From Novakomyces olei (taxonomy: Eukaryota), in the NCBI GenBank assembly GCA_016906335.1, contig JADEYG010000007.1, positions 1,922,001 to 1,986,000 on the forward strand: a DNA stretch of 64,000 bases. Reading direction: 5' to 3'. Positions 23,110 through 36,675 of the stretch are shown one piece after another. The notes beneath the pieces are model-generated. The model did not search any database. It was not told the DNA's origin and worked only from the letters and a program-made list of their open reading frames with translations. Both the position numbers and the translations under genes were made by a program. The first letter of the stretch is position 1. Each line of letters begins with the position of its first letter.

Positions 23110-24519
23110 ATGTCGATCCCCGTTCCCGCAGAAAAACTCAACCAAATGTCTTTGTCGACGTCTCCGCCCGTGCAAACTTTCATCTACTCTACTTCGCCCA
23201 CTTCGCAGCAGGCAGCATTTGCCTCACGGCCGACTGGCCGTCGGCAGTCGACGTCTTTCCGGCAGTTGAAACCGTTCAACACTTCGGATATAAAAATTCT
23301 TCTGCTGGAAAATGTGAACCAAACGGCTCTCGATGCCTTTGACGGGCAAAACTATCAGGTCGAGTTCCTCAAGACTTCGTTGCCGGAAGAAGAGCTCATC
23401 GAGAAGATCAAGAGCGTCCACGTTATCGGCATCAGATCTAAGACAAAGCTAACACAGCGCGTTCTCCAGCACGCAAATAACCTGATTGTCATTGGCTGCT
23501 TCTGCATCGGAACCAACCAGGTAGACTTGGAGTACGCTGCTCACAGGGGCATTGCCGTATTCAACTCTCCCTTTTCCAATTCTCGCAGTGTAGCTGAACT
23601 CGTTATCGGATACATTATTACACTGGCGCGGCAGTTTGGTGATAGATCAATGGAGCTGCACAATGGCACGTGGAAAAAGGTGAGCAGTAAATGCTGGGAA
23701 TTGCGTGGGAAGACCCTGGGCATTGTAGGCTACGGGCATATCGGCTCTCAGCTCTCTGTGCTGGCAGAAGCCTTTGGCATGACTGTGCTCTACTATGACG
23801 TACTGCCTCTAATGGCGCTGGGCATGAGCAAACAGGTGACTAGTCTAGACGAACTGCTTTCCCGCAGTGATTTCGTTACAATGCACGTGCCAGAGCTGCC
23901 AGAGACACGAAACATGATCTCAACCGCTCAGTTTGAAAAGATGAAACAAGGCAGTTATATTGTCAACGCTTCAAGAGGCTCTGTAATCGATATTCCCGCT
24001 CTAATTGCTGCCCGCAAATCCGGACAGATTGCCGGAGCTGCTATCGATGTTTACCCTCAGGAACCGGCTGGCAATGGGCCTTTCTTCAACAACGACTTGA
24101 ACAAGTGGACGAGTGAGTTGGTGACGCTGCCAAACATTGTGCTTACACCGCATATTGGCGGATCAACGGAGGAAGCTCAGTCTATGATTGGTGTGGAGGT
24201 TAGCGACGCAATTGTGAGGTACGTAAACGAAGGCTATTCAATTGGATCCGTAAACTTTCCCGAGGTGGCTTTGCGCAGTTTGGCTCCCGAGGAAAATCAT
24301 GTGCGTATACTACTTGTGCACAAGAACGTGCCCGGTGTATTGCGCCAGGTCAATGAGATCTTTAAGGATAACAATATTAGAGCACAGTTTTCTGATTCCC
24401 GCGGGGATATCGCCTACTTGATGGCTGATATCTCGGACGTGACTGGTGACGCTATTCAGCGATTAAACGGCCGGCTCGAGAGTCAGCCGTACACTGTACG
24501 TGTACGGCTGCTTTACTAG
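23110..24519 (+). CDS. SER3: D-3-phosphoglycerate dehydrogenase
   Basis: GCFCIGTNQVDL, GIVGYGHIG, TPHIGGSTEEAQ, C-terminal ACT domain ending RLLY. Confidence 0.96.
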   Translation: MSIPVPAEKLNQMSLSTSPPVQTFIYSTSPTSQQAAFASRPTGRRQSTSFRQLKPFNTSDIKILLLENVNQTALDAFDGQNYQVEFLKTSLPEEELIEKIKSVHVIGIRSKTKLTQRVLQHANNLIVIGCFCIGTNQVDLEYAAHRGIAVFNSPFSNSRSVAELVIGYIITLARQFGDRSMELHNGTWKKVSSKCWELRGKTLGIVGYGHIGSQLSVLAEAFGMTVLYYDVLPLMALGMSKQVTSLDELLSRSDFVTMHVPELPETRNMISTAQFEKMKQGSYIVNASRGSVIDIPALIAARKSGQIAGAAIDVYPQEPAGNGPFFNNDLNKWTSELVTLPNIVLTPHIGGSTEEAQSMIGVEVSDAIVRYVNEGYSIGSVNFPEVALRSLAPEENHVRILLVHKNVPGVLRQVNEIFKDNNIRAQFSDSRGDIAYLMADISDVTGDAIQRLNGRLESQPYTVRVRLLY

Positions 24520-24997
24520 TCGACCCCTGTTTAATGTACACGAAAATTCGACGGATGCGTATGGCCGAATCTATACAGACAGTCAGTTATTAAAATAATT
24601 AATTCTCTATATATATACATACATACCTTATATATATCCATACATACCTTATATATATATATATATATATATTTATTTATTTATCATACATAATATACAT
24701 ATATTTATACATTTAAACACATTTATTTCAAAATGTAGCGGAGGCAAATATGGAAATGACTACGTTGTATATTGAAACCAACGTATATTGAAACGCCAGC
24801 GTAACGCGGCTTCTACTGCTAATCAATTTGAAAGAGCACTGACACGACGAGTTTGCAGTATAAAAAAAGGGAATAAAGCCTTCTATGAGCGACGCATAAT
24901 TATAGCAAATCTACCACGCAACAATCATAGAAAATTACGTAAGTCCTTGATTCGCTACAGTGTTTACAAATTTGCATTATACTTAATACCACACTAT

Positions 24998-26598
24998 TTA
25001 TTCCTCGGGCTCCTCATCGTCTTCGTGGCCATGTTCAAACAAAAAATTTGCCGCTAATTCTTCGTTTCTATCACACGCCACAAAGGCCATTGCAGCCATT
25101 TCCCGAGAGAAGCCAAGGTCCTGCAGCTATACACGATTAGCGTCTTGAAAATATAAATAATAATATGAAATTGGACCTACCCGTTGAACGGCCTCCATTT
25201 CCTCTGGAGAAATCATTACACGAGGCACTGCCAACTCTTCTCCCGCACCCTCACTCAAAAGCTGCAAGAACGCCTCTGGATTCTGGGAAATCAAAGTTGC
25301 CAGTTGAGGATTTGCCGAAGCCATTTGCTGCAGAATAGGCTCCAGCAGCTGAGGCTGCTGCTGGATCGCCTGGCGCAGCTGTTGAAACTGTGGCAGCTGC
25401 CGAATAGCTTCAAACTCCTCGAGTCCTCCTCCAGCGCCAGTAGCGGGAGCTCCAGCAGCGGGAGCTCCACCGTGGGCAGATTGGTTCCCGCCTTGAGCAG
25501 CAGCAGCGGCCTGTTCAAACAAGTTTCCTGACAAAGCCGGTTGTTGAGCAGGAGCAGTCTGCGGTTGAGAGACCTGTTCTTGCTGTCTCGAAGTAGGAGC
25601 AGGAGTATTTGCCTCAGGAGCATTAGCATTGGCATTAGCATTAGCATCAGCAGCAGCAGCTGCTGCAGCAGCAGCTGCTGCTTGATCCTGCAAAATGTTG
25701 TCTGGAATCCCGGTCAAAAGGTACTCGACTGCCCTGTCAGGGTTATTGAAGGCAGCCCGCATTGCACGCTCAGCTTCGCTCCGATCATAGCCCATTTCCA
25801 CCATATTATTAATTGCACTGTCGCGTTGAGAGCCTATAGCGAGGGCATTAGGATCATTGAAAGACGGAGCTGGTGCATTGGGCACAATGGGCCGTGAAAT
25901 CTGTGCTGCCGGTGTGGATGGCGTTTGAGCAGGAGCAGCGCGAGTAGAAGGAGGCTGAGAGACAGGAGCCTGCGCCGACGTTGAGGCTGGAGAAGCAGGT
26001 TTAGGAGTCGCGGTTGCAGGAGCAGCTTTAGGCTGGACATGTTATTATTTGCGCCATCAAAATCGAGATAAAAATGACCAAATGACATGAATGGATAACG
26101 AATAAGTGGATAGTTAAAGGAGAGGCAGATATTAAAAAAGTCGCAGATAATTAATCTAATAATTCATGAATAGGGGATGAAACCATTGACAAACATCAGA
26201 ACGCTCCTCCCAACTTACCTTTGAAACCATACAGACGATAAAGTCTTTCTCCTTAACATTATAGCTTTCCACCGACTTGTCGTTTGCCAAAACTTTGCCT
26301 GATAAAATTAGTAAAAAGTTCCTGCCAGAACGATTGAACAAGACTGTATTATTTCGTGATTGACTTCGGCCCAAATTGACTTTGTGGGATGCTACAAAGG
26401 GAATAGACTCACCAGAATAAATCAGCTTTTGGTTCGCCGCTGCATGGCCCTGCTCTTTTTCAATTTGCTCTTTAACTTTCTCGATCTGCAAAGTGTAAGA
26501 ATTGCTCCAGACAAAGCATAGACAAAGCTTACCGTACTCGCCGGATCAACTTCCAGCACAAACTTCTTCTGCGCTAAATCCTTGAATGTAAGCTTCAT
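24998..26598 (-). CDS. RAD23: UV excision repair/ubiquitin receptor Rad23, 5 exons
   Basis: UBL (MKLTFKDL..QKLIYSG|KVL), UBA1 (MVEMGYDRSEAERAMRAAFNNPDRAVEYL), XPC-binding domain, UBA2 (LQDLGFSRE..ACDRNEELAANFLFE). Confidence 0.93.
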
Positions 26599-26946
26599 GG
26601 CCGTCCAGTGTTTTGCTTGCTGACGCAAGTGTATGATGTACCACTATATATATGACACACGCATTAATGTATATCGCCGTTAAACGATTAAAGTATTAGA
26701 GTAAATACTAAATAATAAATATATTGAATGTATGCATATTGCACTATATTTTCGATATATTGAATGATGGAGAAGGAATCAATTATATATACAACTTGTA
26801 TAATACACCTAATTTGAAATATAATGTTCAGTACTCTATTGTAAAGGCAATCGATTAGAGTATGTACAAGTCGCTTAACAAACAAACATTTTTAGGCAAA
26901 GCTTACAAGCGCTCCATTACGCTTATAGCAATGAAAAAAAGTTGTC

Positions 26947-28132
26947 TTACTGGCGTCGGTTCTGCAGGCTACTGATCCATTCATCCACTTGATTTTGCTC
27001 CATTTTGCGCTTGATCAGTTCACGCGCCAAGTATGCAATAGCTCCAACGAAATTATGCCGGCGTAAAGAAATTTCACGTGACCAGCGATCCCGTTTAGCT
27101 GCTTCTTGAGCTAAGAGATCTTGCTTTTCTTGCTCCGATAATGCCTCATTTTCGGCTATTACCAACCTTTGATCCTTGACAATAGCCATCAAATTGAAGC
27201 GAATTTCTCCTGCTGGATAGCGCGAAATACGCTCTTGTAGAATGGGGATCACTTTGTGTGGGAACTCGGAAAAGCTACATGGTCCATGAGCAACAGGACC
27301 GGGTTGTAATCCATCCAGCTCGTACAATACTCCATTTATTGGTACGTACGCGATGTAATGGAAAACATCATCATCTTCAGTAGCTTTGCGTTGCTCGTCC
27401 GATATGAACGGATAAGCACGTGCAAAAGAATTGTGCACTTCACGAATCAGCTCAGAATTACCAAGTGCATCCCCACGCAACTAAACATTAGCCTTTGCTG
27501 TTTTAAAATTACTTTTAATTAATTTTCGTTTTGAATGATTTGCCTGCTATTATTATCCAGATATTGGTCCGTTTTACATTTATTTCGGTTTCGTTGCTGA
27601 AACGATCATTGTATCAATTTCATTTCAATCTTCCGTCATTTTTTCAAATTACCTCTGGCGAAAACTGTTTTGTAAAGTCACGAAACTCGGCCAAACTCGA
27701 ACCGATCTCGATCTCTGGCCTGTTTAACAAAATTGACAATATTGCTTGAGTGGCACACGCGTTTTGTACAGTCTAGAGTACAGAGGTGAGCAAATATAAT
27801 CAAAAGATATTGCCGTACTTGGTGAGCAAAGAAAAACTGTTCAGCTGCATCGCTGTCGACCTGGCCTCCATAATTTTGTGCCGGCTGTGAGCTGGCTCCC
27901 GTATATTTAAAGAGAAACACTAGTCCATAAGGGCTGCTGTTAGCAAAAAGGTCTAGTGTACACATCCCTACTTTAAACTGCGAAGCAAGTCTTCGTCAAG
28001 CGTCCATAGCTCTTCAACTTGGACGCCTTTTACGCCCAAATTTTCGATAAGGTATGTAAAAACAGCCTAAAATGAGTATTGCAATTTCGTGCCGGGTCTT
28101 ACGTTATCGCTCTCTAACGTGACCCACGTCAT
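26947..28132 (-). CDS. UCH37: Ubiquitin C-terminal hydrolase UCH37/UCH-L5 (S. pombe Uch2-like), 5 exons
   Basis: MTWVTLESDN, FFAHQ|TVQNACATQA (catalytic Cys), FHYIAYVP..LYELDGL, EIRFNLMA, LRRHNF tail. Confidence 0.9.
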
Positions 28133-28223
28133 TGGAGGGCTTTTAGGCAGCTGCGACGTATGCGTTGTAAAATAAATTTAAATAGATTAATTTATATTAA
28201 ATACAATAAACAGAATGAATTAT

Positions 28224-28361
28224 AATAAATTGAATAAATTGAATAAATTGAATAAATTGAATAAATTGAATAAATTGAATAAATTGAATAAATTGAATAA
28301 ATTGAATAAATTGAATAAATTGAATAAATTGAATAAATTGAATAAATTGAATAAATTGAAT
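28224..28361. repeat. 9-bp minisatellite (AATAAATTG)n, about 15 copies
   Basis: Perfect tandem array just upstream of the UCH37 start; produces the NKL/IQF pseudo-ORFs. Confidence 0.95.
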
Positions 28362-28652
28362 TTCGTTATAATAAATGAACGATCTATAGACTATCGGTGA
28401 GCGTACATATACAAATGTGATTTGTCCAAAGTATCGGCCTTGATCACAATCTACTGCTCTGTTAAACATATCTCTACTAAATTTGTAATAAAGCCACCAG
28501 CGCTACAATGTATGTCACCACTCCATACTCGACGAGAATTCATAGTATTACAGCGTTGTGCGCAAACAAAATAATAATGACGAGAAAACAACTTCAAAAT
28601 CAATCATGACCCACACAGCAATCCTTGTTTAACCCAATAACTGTCTGTGCAA

Positions 28653-31600
28653 TTACTTGTCCGGCGACTCAAAGATATGGTCTACTCCAGGCCAGTCTTG
28701 CTTCTCACCCGTTCCGACCTGCAGCCTTACCTTCCAATAGGCTGGGTCAAAGCTCCAGTACATCTCTCCCGTGACTGGGTGCTTGGCCTTGTGGAACCAT
28801 CGTGGCTCGTATTTCACATTGCTTGCGTCCCTCTGCCGCCGTTTAGATCTCTGTAACTCTTCCAACCGGTTCTTCTCCTTTGCCGCTGTATCGTACCGGC
28901 CCTCTTCCATAGCCCTTTGGTCTGGCCTTAGTCTCGTGTCCGTCGGAGGCAGCCAGGGCTTTAGTGACGGAGGCAAAGCGTTCAGTGATATAACAAACGG
29001 AGTCAAATTGAACGGAGCCGGTGGGCGATTGTGCACATGCCATAGCAGAATAGCAGTGCCATTCACATCTGTTGTATCGTGGTGGTGTTCATGGTGCTTG
29101 CTATTAATCTTGCGAGCATAAATCTTGTCGTTCCAATGACCCACAATCATCCAGCGAGGGTCGCCTTGCTCGTCTTGCACAGTGCCCCTGACCTCATAAG
29201 CTCCGGAAGACCGCCAGCCACGCGGTCTAAAATCCAGCTCGCACTTTTGGCCCTGTAGTGAGTGGTTTGTAATCACCATCTTGCCATAGTTGTCCACGGT
29301 CGGCGATCCTGTAATTATGCCAATAACAGAGGAGGTTATCTTGCGCCAGGAGTACAGTTCCTCTCCACTAGCATTGCCATTGCGGTACCTCAGCCTTAGA
29401 TACCACGTGCCCAACGGATTGATATCGAATGATTTGCCGTAAAACTTGGACTCCACACTCGACTCTCCATAATAATCCCAATTGGGTGACTCGGCAAAGG
29501 CAGCTCCAATGGGGGGATGATGGCTAACCTGCTCAATCACATACCTATAGCCCTTGTCCGGCCGACAGTACTCAAACGTCTCTCCCAGCAGAGGATTGAA
29601 AGGTTTGGCAATACGGTTTGTAGTGCTCGAGTACTCACTGGCAGCATAAGCCGCCACGTACATTAACCTGTCACTCGGATCCTCGCAGGTGGCAGCAATG
29701 TCCAAAAGGTCAGCATACTCCATATCCTCAGCCGCCCTTTGCAAAAGACTGGTAGGCTCATTAAACGTCACTGGGAGGGTCATCTTTGTCATATCCTTGC
29801 CAATCATTGAACGGAGGATTGACCATAGGGAAAGTTTGGGCCGATTGTCTACGACATCCAGCGTCTCCCTTATAGGCGACTCATAGCCCTTGAACGAGGG
29901 CTCAATCTCACGCATTTTAGCCTGCCTATCAGGGTCAGAAAGGTTGTCTGACGATTTGACCGCCTGCAACTTGACTTCGCCTGATCCAACTGCATCAAAG
30001 AACTCTTCGTCTGCCTCTTCATCTTCGTCGTTATCGTCATCGCTCGATGACGACTGCTCGTTCGCAGTTGGTTTCCTCGGCAGGTTTTTTGATTGCGACC
30101 GAGCCTGGATCGCAGATTTATCCTGTGTCCCGTCTGCCTGAGCAGTTCCGGTGGCACTAAGCGTAGTTGCATTCCCTTCTTTTCGCTCTGCACTGCCATT
30201 CATTACTTCCTGATCATCTCCTGCCTCCACGGCTGACTGCTCAGTATGAAGACGAGCATTTGCTTCTTTCAGGGCCTTCTTGGCCTTTCTACGATCAAGT
30301 TCTGCCTTTTGCATAGCCTTCTGCATCTCTTCCTGCTCCTTGGCGAGGCTCTGCATACTATCCTCCCACAGCCTTCGCAGCTTTGTCTCCCGGTCGAGTT
30401 TACGCGCCCACAGTTTATCACGTTCCGCCGACATTCGCAGCAGTTCATTAAAGGTTGACTGCAAAGATTTTATAGACTCCCGCAGGGAATAAGCGCCCTC
30501 AAGCAGAGATGGACTCTGTGAGCCCTCCGTCGTAAACTCTGCAACAAAATTATCACAAATTTCTCCCGAGAATTTCAACTGGATTCGTACTGCATTCGCG
30601 TCCGAGCTCAAACGGTCCAGAGTCGTTTCCGCAATAGAATCTTCGTCCCCATTAACACTATCCTCGTCTTCCTCGTCGTATTCATCCTCATTCACAGAAT
30701 TTGCAAATGTCTGTGGATGGGCCAAAGACTCGGGCTGTTTAGTATGCGCATCACCAGCATTGCCGCTAAAGGAACGTATACTCGCCTGACGGCCATGACC
30801 CCGGATTGTGGAATCCGTGCCGCCAACACTCGAAGCCACTGACGGACTACGGTGGACGCTGGAAGGGACTGCTGATTCTGTGGGAGATCTTCTTGTTCCA
30901 GCAACAGCTGGGCCTGTTGTTGAAGAGGAAGAAGAGCCTACAGCCGCTCCTGAAGTTCCAGCTGACGCCGACTGGGCAGTATTCGCTGGACGAGACCGGT
31001 CTTTTTCTTGTCGAATAGCTGCGGTAAGGGCCCAGACCCAGCGCTGTGCCTCCACTGGATGACTCGCTTTCAATGCGTACTTTACACTGCCTCTTCCAAC
31101 AACATCAAAAGTGGATTTGTTAGAAGCGTCATAGTGCAATGTGGCAAACTCGAGGTTTATACTGCCACGGCAGGCAGTATTAGTATCGTCCTGGTGCTTA
31201 AAATACGAGAGGATCCCGTCTTCGAGTACGAACCATCGCATCTTATACCCACTCTTGTAATTCGTCCATTTTTTCAAATAGCCATTCATGCGCACCGGTT
31301 CTCCGGGACCCGCTGCTGTGTTACCAACAAGCGCGCCCTGTTGGCTTTTCTTCAATATTTGTTTGATACTATCGTCTTTTGTAATCTCTGTCGAGTTCTT
31401 GCCAAACCGGTCTCGGCAAAAAGGATCTGCCCCATGCTGTAGAAGCCATTTAACCAGCGTAATATCACGGTTACGTACCGCATCGTGGAGCAACGTAGAA
31501 CCTGACTCGGAGACAGGTCTGTTTATATCTACCTTGGATGCAGTCGCTGGATCGTCAAATAGGGCATCAAGGGCATCGTAGTTGCGAGTCATGAGCAGTT

Positions 31601-32647
31601 TGTGAAACCTGTCGTTGATCTCTGCCGACTTTCGCATGATTGCATCTTTAATAGTTAGAACCAACCAATCAATCACAGTATTGCTTTAAATAATGATCGA
31701 TCAAATAATAAATAAATGGGACAGATAAACAAACTGGTAAATAGCAACGTCCAAATCGTACCCCTCATTTTGGATTCAAGAGCAGGCGTACGGGCCACCT
31801 GCTGAGCCGTGCGTCCGTCTCGATCAGTGGCTGCGTCGTTGATATAGTCCTGATTTAAAAGCAGCATAACAATATCCGTCCGGCCCTGACGGGCGGCAAT
31901 GTGAAGCACCTGCAAGCAAATTAATATGCAGTCATTATAGACATTCAAATAGACTTGGGAGAAAGAGCAGGCCAAAAAGCAAAACCAGAGACCCGTGAAC
32001 TGGTTATTAAAAACTATAAGTAGAAACAAGTCTCGCCGTTTGTAACGCAAAAAAAAAATAATAATAATAATAAACAATAAATAAAGTACGGCAAACAACG
32101 ACAGAGCAAACGTACCGTATTGCCATCGTGATCCTTCGCATTAACATCGAAAGCGTACCGGCTCAGCAGATAGCTCACTGTATCTGCTGAAGCGCATTGG
32201 ACGGCGAGAAACAGAGGATTAATCTGATCCGCAAACGTGAAAGAGCTGACGCTCGCTCGTTCATCGCCGCCATTCTCACTATCGCCGGCCGAGTCAACGC
32301 CGATGACTGCATCAATAGCGGAACGAGAGCCGGACCGGAGCGCTAATGGTAAGGCAAGGCACACTGGTATAACAATTACCTTCGAGCAGTTTGTACGTGC
32401 GCACTGATTCGTCAATGCCCGCTATTGCGTGTCAGCAAAGGGTGCAAACAGATCTCCTCTTGTTCTTTTCCTTGGGAGTATACATACCTTTACGAGAGAG
32501 CTGAGTAATACTTTTTCGCGTACTGTCGCCCGCAGTCGGCGCCACAGCTGCAGCGTTTTCGGCTGGAGACGTGCCGCTTTAATTCTCTTGTCAGTCTTGC
32601 CTCGAATGCGCCTCAGTCTCTTACCCGGCACCGCTTTCCGTCGCCAT
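28653..32647 (-). CDS. OSH1: Oxysterol-binding protein with ankyrin, PH, FFAT and ORD domains (Osh1/Osh2 type)
   Basis: Spliced N-terminus ...IDESVRTYKLLE|ALRSG, ankyrin repeats, PH domain (GYLKKWTNYKSGYKMRWFVL), FFAT motif EEFFDA, ORD signature EQVSHHPP. Confidence 0.92.
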
Positions 32648-33017
32648 ATTGGTATGACGTTCTCGGGCAGTTACAAGTATCGCTTATGTCGACTGGTGCT
32701 AATCTTATTAATATATGGTGCGCTCTTGCGGTTAATTTAATTACTGGTGCTAATATAGCGTTATTATGGACATTATATTGCTATGGAAATAATATTAATC
32801 AACCTGTATATAGATATATATTTATATATTATAGACATATACGTATGCTAACAGCGATATTATATAATTTAATTACTACCATAGCAACGCCGACCGAAAC
32901 TAGACTGCATTATTTACTGGTAAACAAAGAGTTTGACACAAATAAAAGGCAGTACGAATAGAGGAAAGAAAAAAGAATAAATGACTGAATGAATGAATGA
33001 GCATTGTATCTATAACG

Positions 33018-33806
33018 TCAAGCATTAGTCGGTCGTTCTACCAGCTGTTGCTCACGAATCTCCAGTTCCATCTCCATAAACGCAATTATATCCCGCGCTT
33101 TCTGAAGAAGCGCTTTGTAAGGGCAGGCAGAGTCGTCGTGTAAGCTTTCGGTGTGGTGTGAATGCTCACACTCCGGGCGTGTGCGTCGCGGTGAGGCAGC
33201 CAGCAATTTGCCAAGCGTCTTTTGTGACGCTGTGAGCCTGGCCGGCGAGCACACGTTCTCCTTGTCGTGCACGACAGCCTTTTTGGGGGAGAAGCCCTTA
33301 CCGGGCGAGAGCACGGCCTTCTTGCTGCGTAAAAGTAGGGGCTGTAAGCGCGCCGTGTTTTCGCCGTTACGCCGCTCGCTCAAGGGAGCACGTGACTGCT
33401 GCCTCTCCAAGTTTTGCCGCCGCAATGGACTCGCGTCCGGTGTACATACAAAAGTGTTGTAAAGCCGATCGGCCGCAGACGCCAGCACTTCTTCTGTCTT
33501 TGCTGCTTCGTCGACTAATTCTTCTTCCCCTTCAGACTCGTCGTCGCACCCTTCCCTTTCGTCACGTGGCTCCCACACGTCTGGCGTGTTTTTCTTTGCA
33601 TCCGCAGCCGCCACGACTAGTCGCGCAAAGGCTTCATCGAGCGCACCTATATCGAGCTCCGTTGTATCGTGCGCAACTATGATTGGATTAGTATAGGATT
33701 TGATTAGTGTAAGTCACATACAATTCGGCTCTGGCAGAGTGTCCAAGTCGAGCGACACTGCCGTATCCTCCGTCGCCAAAGCGAACGAAACGTCGTCCAG
33801 GCTCAT
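33018..33806 (-). CDS. Orphan ~250-aa protein with D-box, KEN box and CDK sites, 2 exons
   Basis: ATG at 33806; a GTATGT...CTAAT...TAG intron joins it in frame to ORF 33018-33614. Contains RAPLSERRN, DKENV, SPGK/SPKK/SPAR/SPRR and a C-terminal helix. Confidence 0.7.
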
Positions 33807-34181
33807 GTGGCAAAGTGTAAACAAGCCTAGTGCAACACTGTAATTTGTAAATATATGTTAGTATGGGTGATTAACAATATAATGTCGAATAATTTATTAA
33901 TTAATTATAATAAAATTATAATGATAATTCTTAAAAATAATAAGATAATTAATTAATTAATTAATTTATTTATTAATTGATTGAACAGCGAAGCACGGCA
34001 ATAGTAAAAAATAAAATAATATTAGAGACAGCACGAGAGATTATTGCGGTTAATAAGCCGCGGACAGAGTCATATGTAATGCAGAAGCATGTGCAATACC
34101 AGTATGTACTGCAATTCTATTCAATATATATAATATAAATAATATATATAATTCAGAGATAACCAAACCGACGCGATCAAC

Positions 34182-35389
34182 ATGCAGTGCGGCGTGTGGC
34201 TGCTGCTCGCGGTTTTGGCGCCCACTGTGAGAGCAATTTTTGACTGTAAACTCGTCGTGGAAGACTCAGCGTTTGATCTTCGGGCGCTGAGTGAGACGCA
34301 GTACGTCACTGTGTCACACAAGACACCGCCAACAGTGACGAATACGACGTTTGCCGTTAGCCTTTGCAGAGCATTAAAACGGGACTCAAAGTTGGGTGCA
34401 GACGAGCAGTGTCCCAGTGGAACGCAGAGTAAGCTGGATTTCTTTTGGTTTTGTTTGGCAAGTTTTTTGTTGCTGCGTATACGAGTTTTCTTTACTGGCA
34501 TTATGCAACAACCTCTCTTGTTGAATCATATATTATTGGGTTTATCTTTGCCTTATTCTGACGGCAGTTTGCGCTACGGAAACCGTGCACAAGGGAGACA
34601 CTAGTCTTGTTACATCTGTTTTACCTATCGCGGGCGATGTGGACGGGGCGTCTACGGACGCCAGCACTTCATTGATTGAAGAAGAGGGTGACAACCCTGG
34701 TGGAATTAAATTGGAACTTCATGGCGGCAAGAGCAGCGACGGTGTAAAGCAGTCGGCCCAAATTGATCTTTTTTGCGACAAGTCTGTGGATGTAAGTTTG
34801 CAATTGTGGCTGGCTCAAATCTTTTTCTTCGGATCTAGTATTCTCTTTTTTGCTCTGCAGATATACCGTTTAATTTCTAGTTCAAATGCCTGAAATTTAC
34901 ACAATTGCTAACTGCCAGCTGGGTGATTTGACGGTCAAATCGTATGCTGACAATAAATTACACCTGCAGTGGCGGACACCGCTCGCTTGCAAGCGGGAGG
35001 AAAATGGAGGTGATAAACCAGGCGATGGTCCGGGCGATGAGAAGCCGTCACCACCAGACCGCAGTCCATCGCGGCATTGGGGCTTTTTCACCTGGTTCAT
35101 TATTCTCGTTTTCCTCTCGATATCTGCTTACATTGTCTTCGGAGCCTTTGTGAATTATAATCGGTATTTACTTGTTTTTTCTTTGCATTTTGATTTGCTA
35201 ACTCACGTATAGTTATGGTGCTGCTGCCGGCTGGGACTTGATTCCGCACGCTGAGATGATCCGCGACATACCTTTTCTCTTCAAGGACTATGCGAATCAT
35301 GTAATTGATACTTGTAAGTAAAAATTATGGTCCATATAATTCTGACGTGCACAGTTCGTGGAACAAGGACGGGATATAGCACGGTATAA
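34182..35389 (+). CDS. ATG27: Autophagy protein Atg27 (MRH-domain type I membrane protein), 5 exons
   Basis: Signal peptide, HKTPPTVTNTTF..SLC, WRTPLAC, WGFFTWFII TM helix, YGAAAGWDLIPH, C-terminal GYSTV* sorting motif. Confidence 0.85.
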
Positions 35390-35619
35390 TTTCAATCTAC
35401 GCATCTGCCGTCTAAAGGACTCAAGTGTTTGTTTACTACGATTTAGATTATTTGCCAATACTTTATGTACATTCAAAACATTAAAGACAGAGTGTGTCGT
35501 AGTAAAACGTGTCATAATAAATCATAGACGCGCTTAAATAAGTTTAAAGGATCCTCTAAAAAGATTTTGCAGCACGGCCATGACAATGATTCCCGGTCAA
35601 ATCAACTTTAGTCCATACC

Positions 35620-36347
35620 TCAGCGGTCTTCTGCCCATTCCTGAACTGGTCAGTGCAAGTCAGTAGATAAATATTGTACATACATTCTCACGACGGATCT
35701 GTTCCTCCTCCTCTGGCGTAAAATCATTCACAATATTAAAGGTCTAGAATTACATTTAGCAAACGAATAGTGCCAATCAAATCACTCACCTTTCGGATTT
35801 CATCTGCAGTCTTGTTTTTGATCATGTTCGCCACAGTCTTGCAGCCGACATCCAAGAGCGGTTTAATATCGAGATAGTTGCTGGCAAGAATGATCTCAAA
35901 AAGCATTTCCTGATCGACCTGCATAAACTTTTGGTCCCAGTCGTCTACATCAGACGAGCGCTTATGGCGCGCGTCGATCTCGTCTTCGCCAGTGATTGGC
36001 GGATCGTTTTGGTGATGTTCGCACCATTCCAGAATCTTTACAACGATGTTAATAAAACCAGGTGAAGCATTCGGCCAAGCAAACATACCTTGCGAAGCAC
36101 GTTTGACGACACATTTGGCAGCGGAATAGACGCGTCAGATTCACCGACATCTACAGCCGTTAGATACGACTAATTCAAGGCACAGTCCGCCCACCTTCAA
36201 GCATGTTTTTGATGAGCACCGAACGCTCTGCTACTTTGCGTGCTGCAGACAAGGCAGTTAGACACATGACTCTAGACCTGATGATATCATACTTGTTTCA
36301 AAATTTTGCTGGTCCGAGGACTGCAGCGTTACCTTTGCCTCCGACAT
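35620..36347 (-). CDS. SKP1: SCF subunit Skp1, 6 exons
   Basis: [93 protein letters not shown]. Confidence 0.96.
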
Positions 36348-36675
36348 GATTGCGTTGGTAAAAGGTGCACGTTGCGTAATTATAAACCAATTGAAAAGAG
36401 TCTCGCAAAGGCAGAGTCCCTACACCGTCCGCTCAACGTGTGCGCACGCTGTATAGCCTGAGACGTATTGTCAAGCTATATTGCGCGCAAGATGACTTGG
36501 GCTTGTGGCTCTATAATGGGACCGATAGTGAACGACATTGACCCTAGCCCTAACCCTAAATATATGTTTAAAGTGAGTATAATACGGCGATAGCTCCAGA
36601 GTCAGTTATCGTGAAATATTCACGAGCAATAATCCTGGCAATAATCCAGTAAATTGCACATGCCTTAATCGCAGT

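Noticed and set aside
28197..28469. NKL/IQF repeat ORFs and a CRISPR-like look
   Set aside because: A spacer-less 9-bp tandem repeat in a eukaryotic genome; neither coding nor CRISPR.
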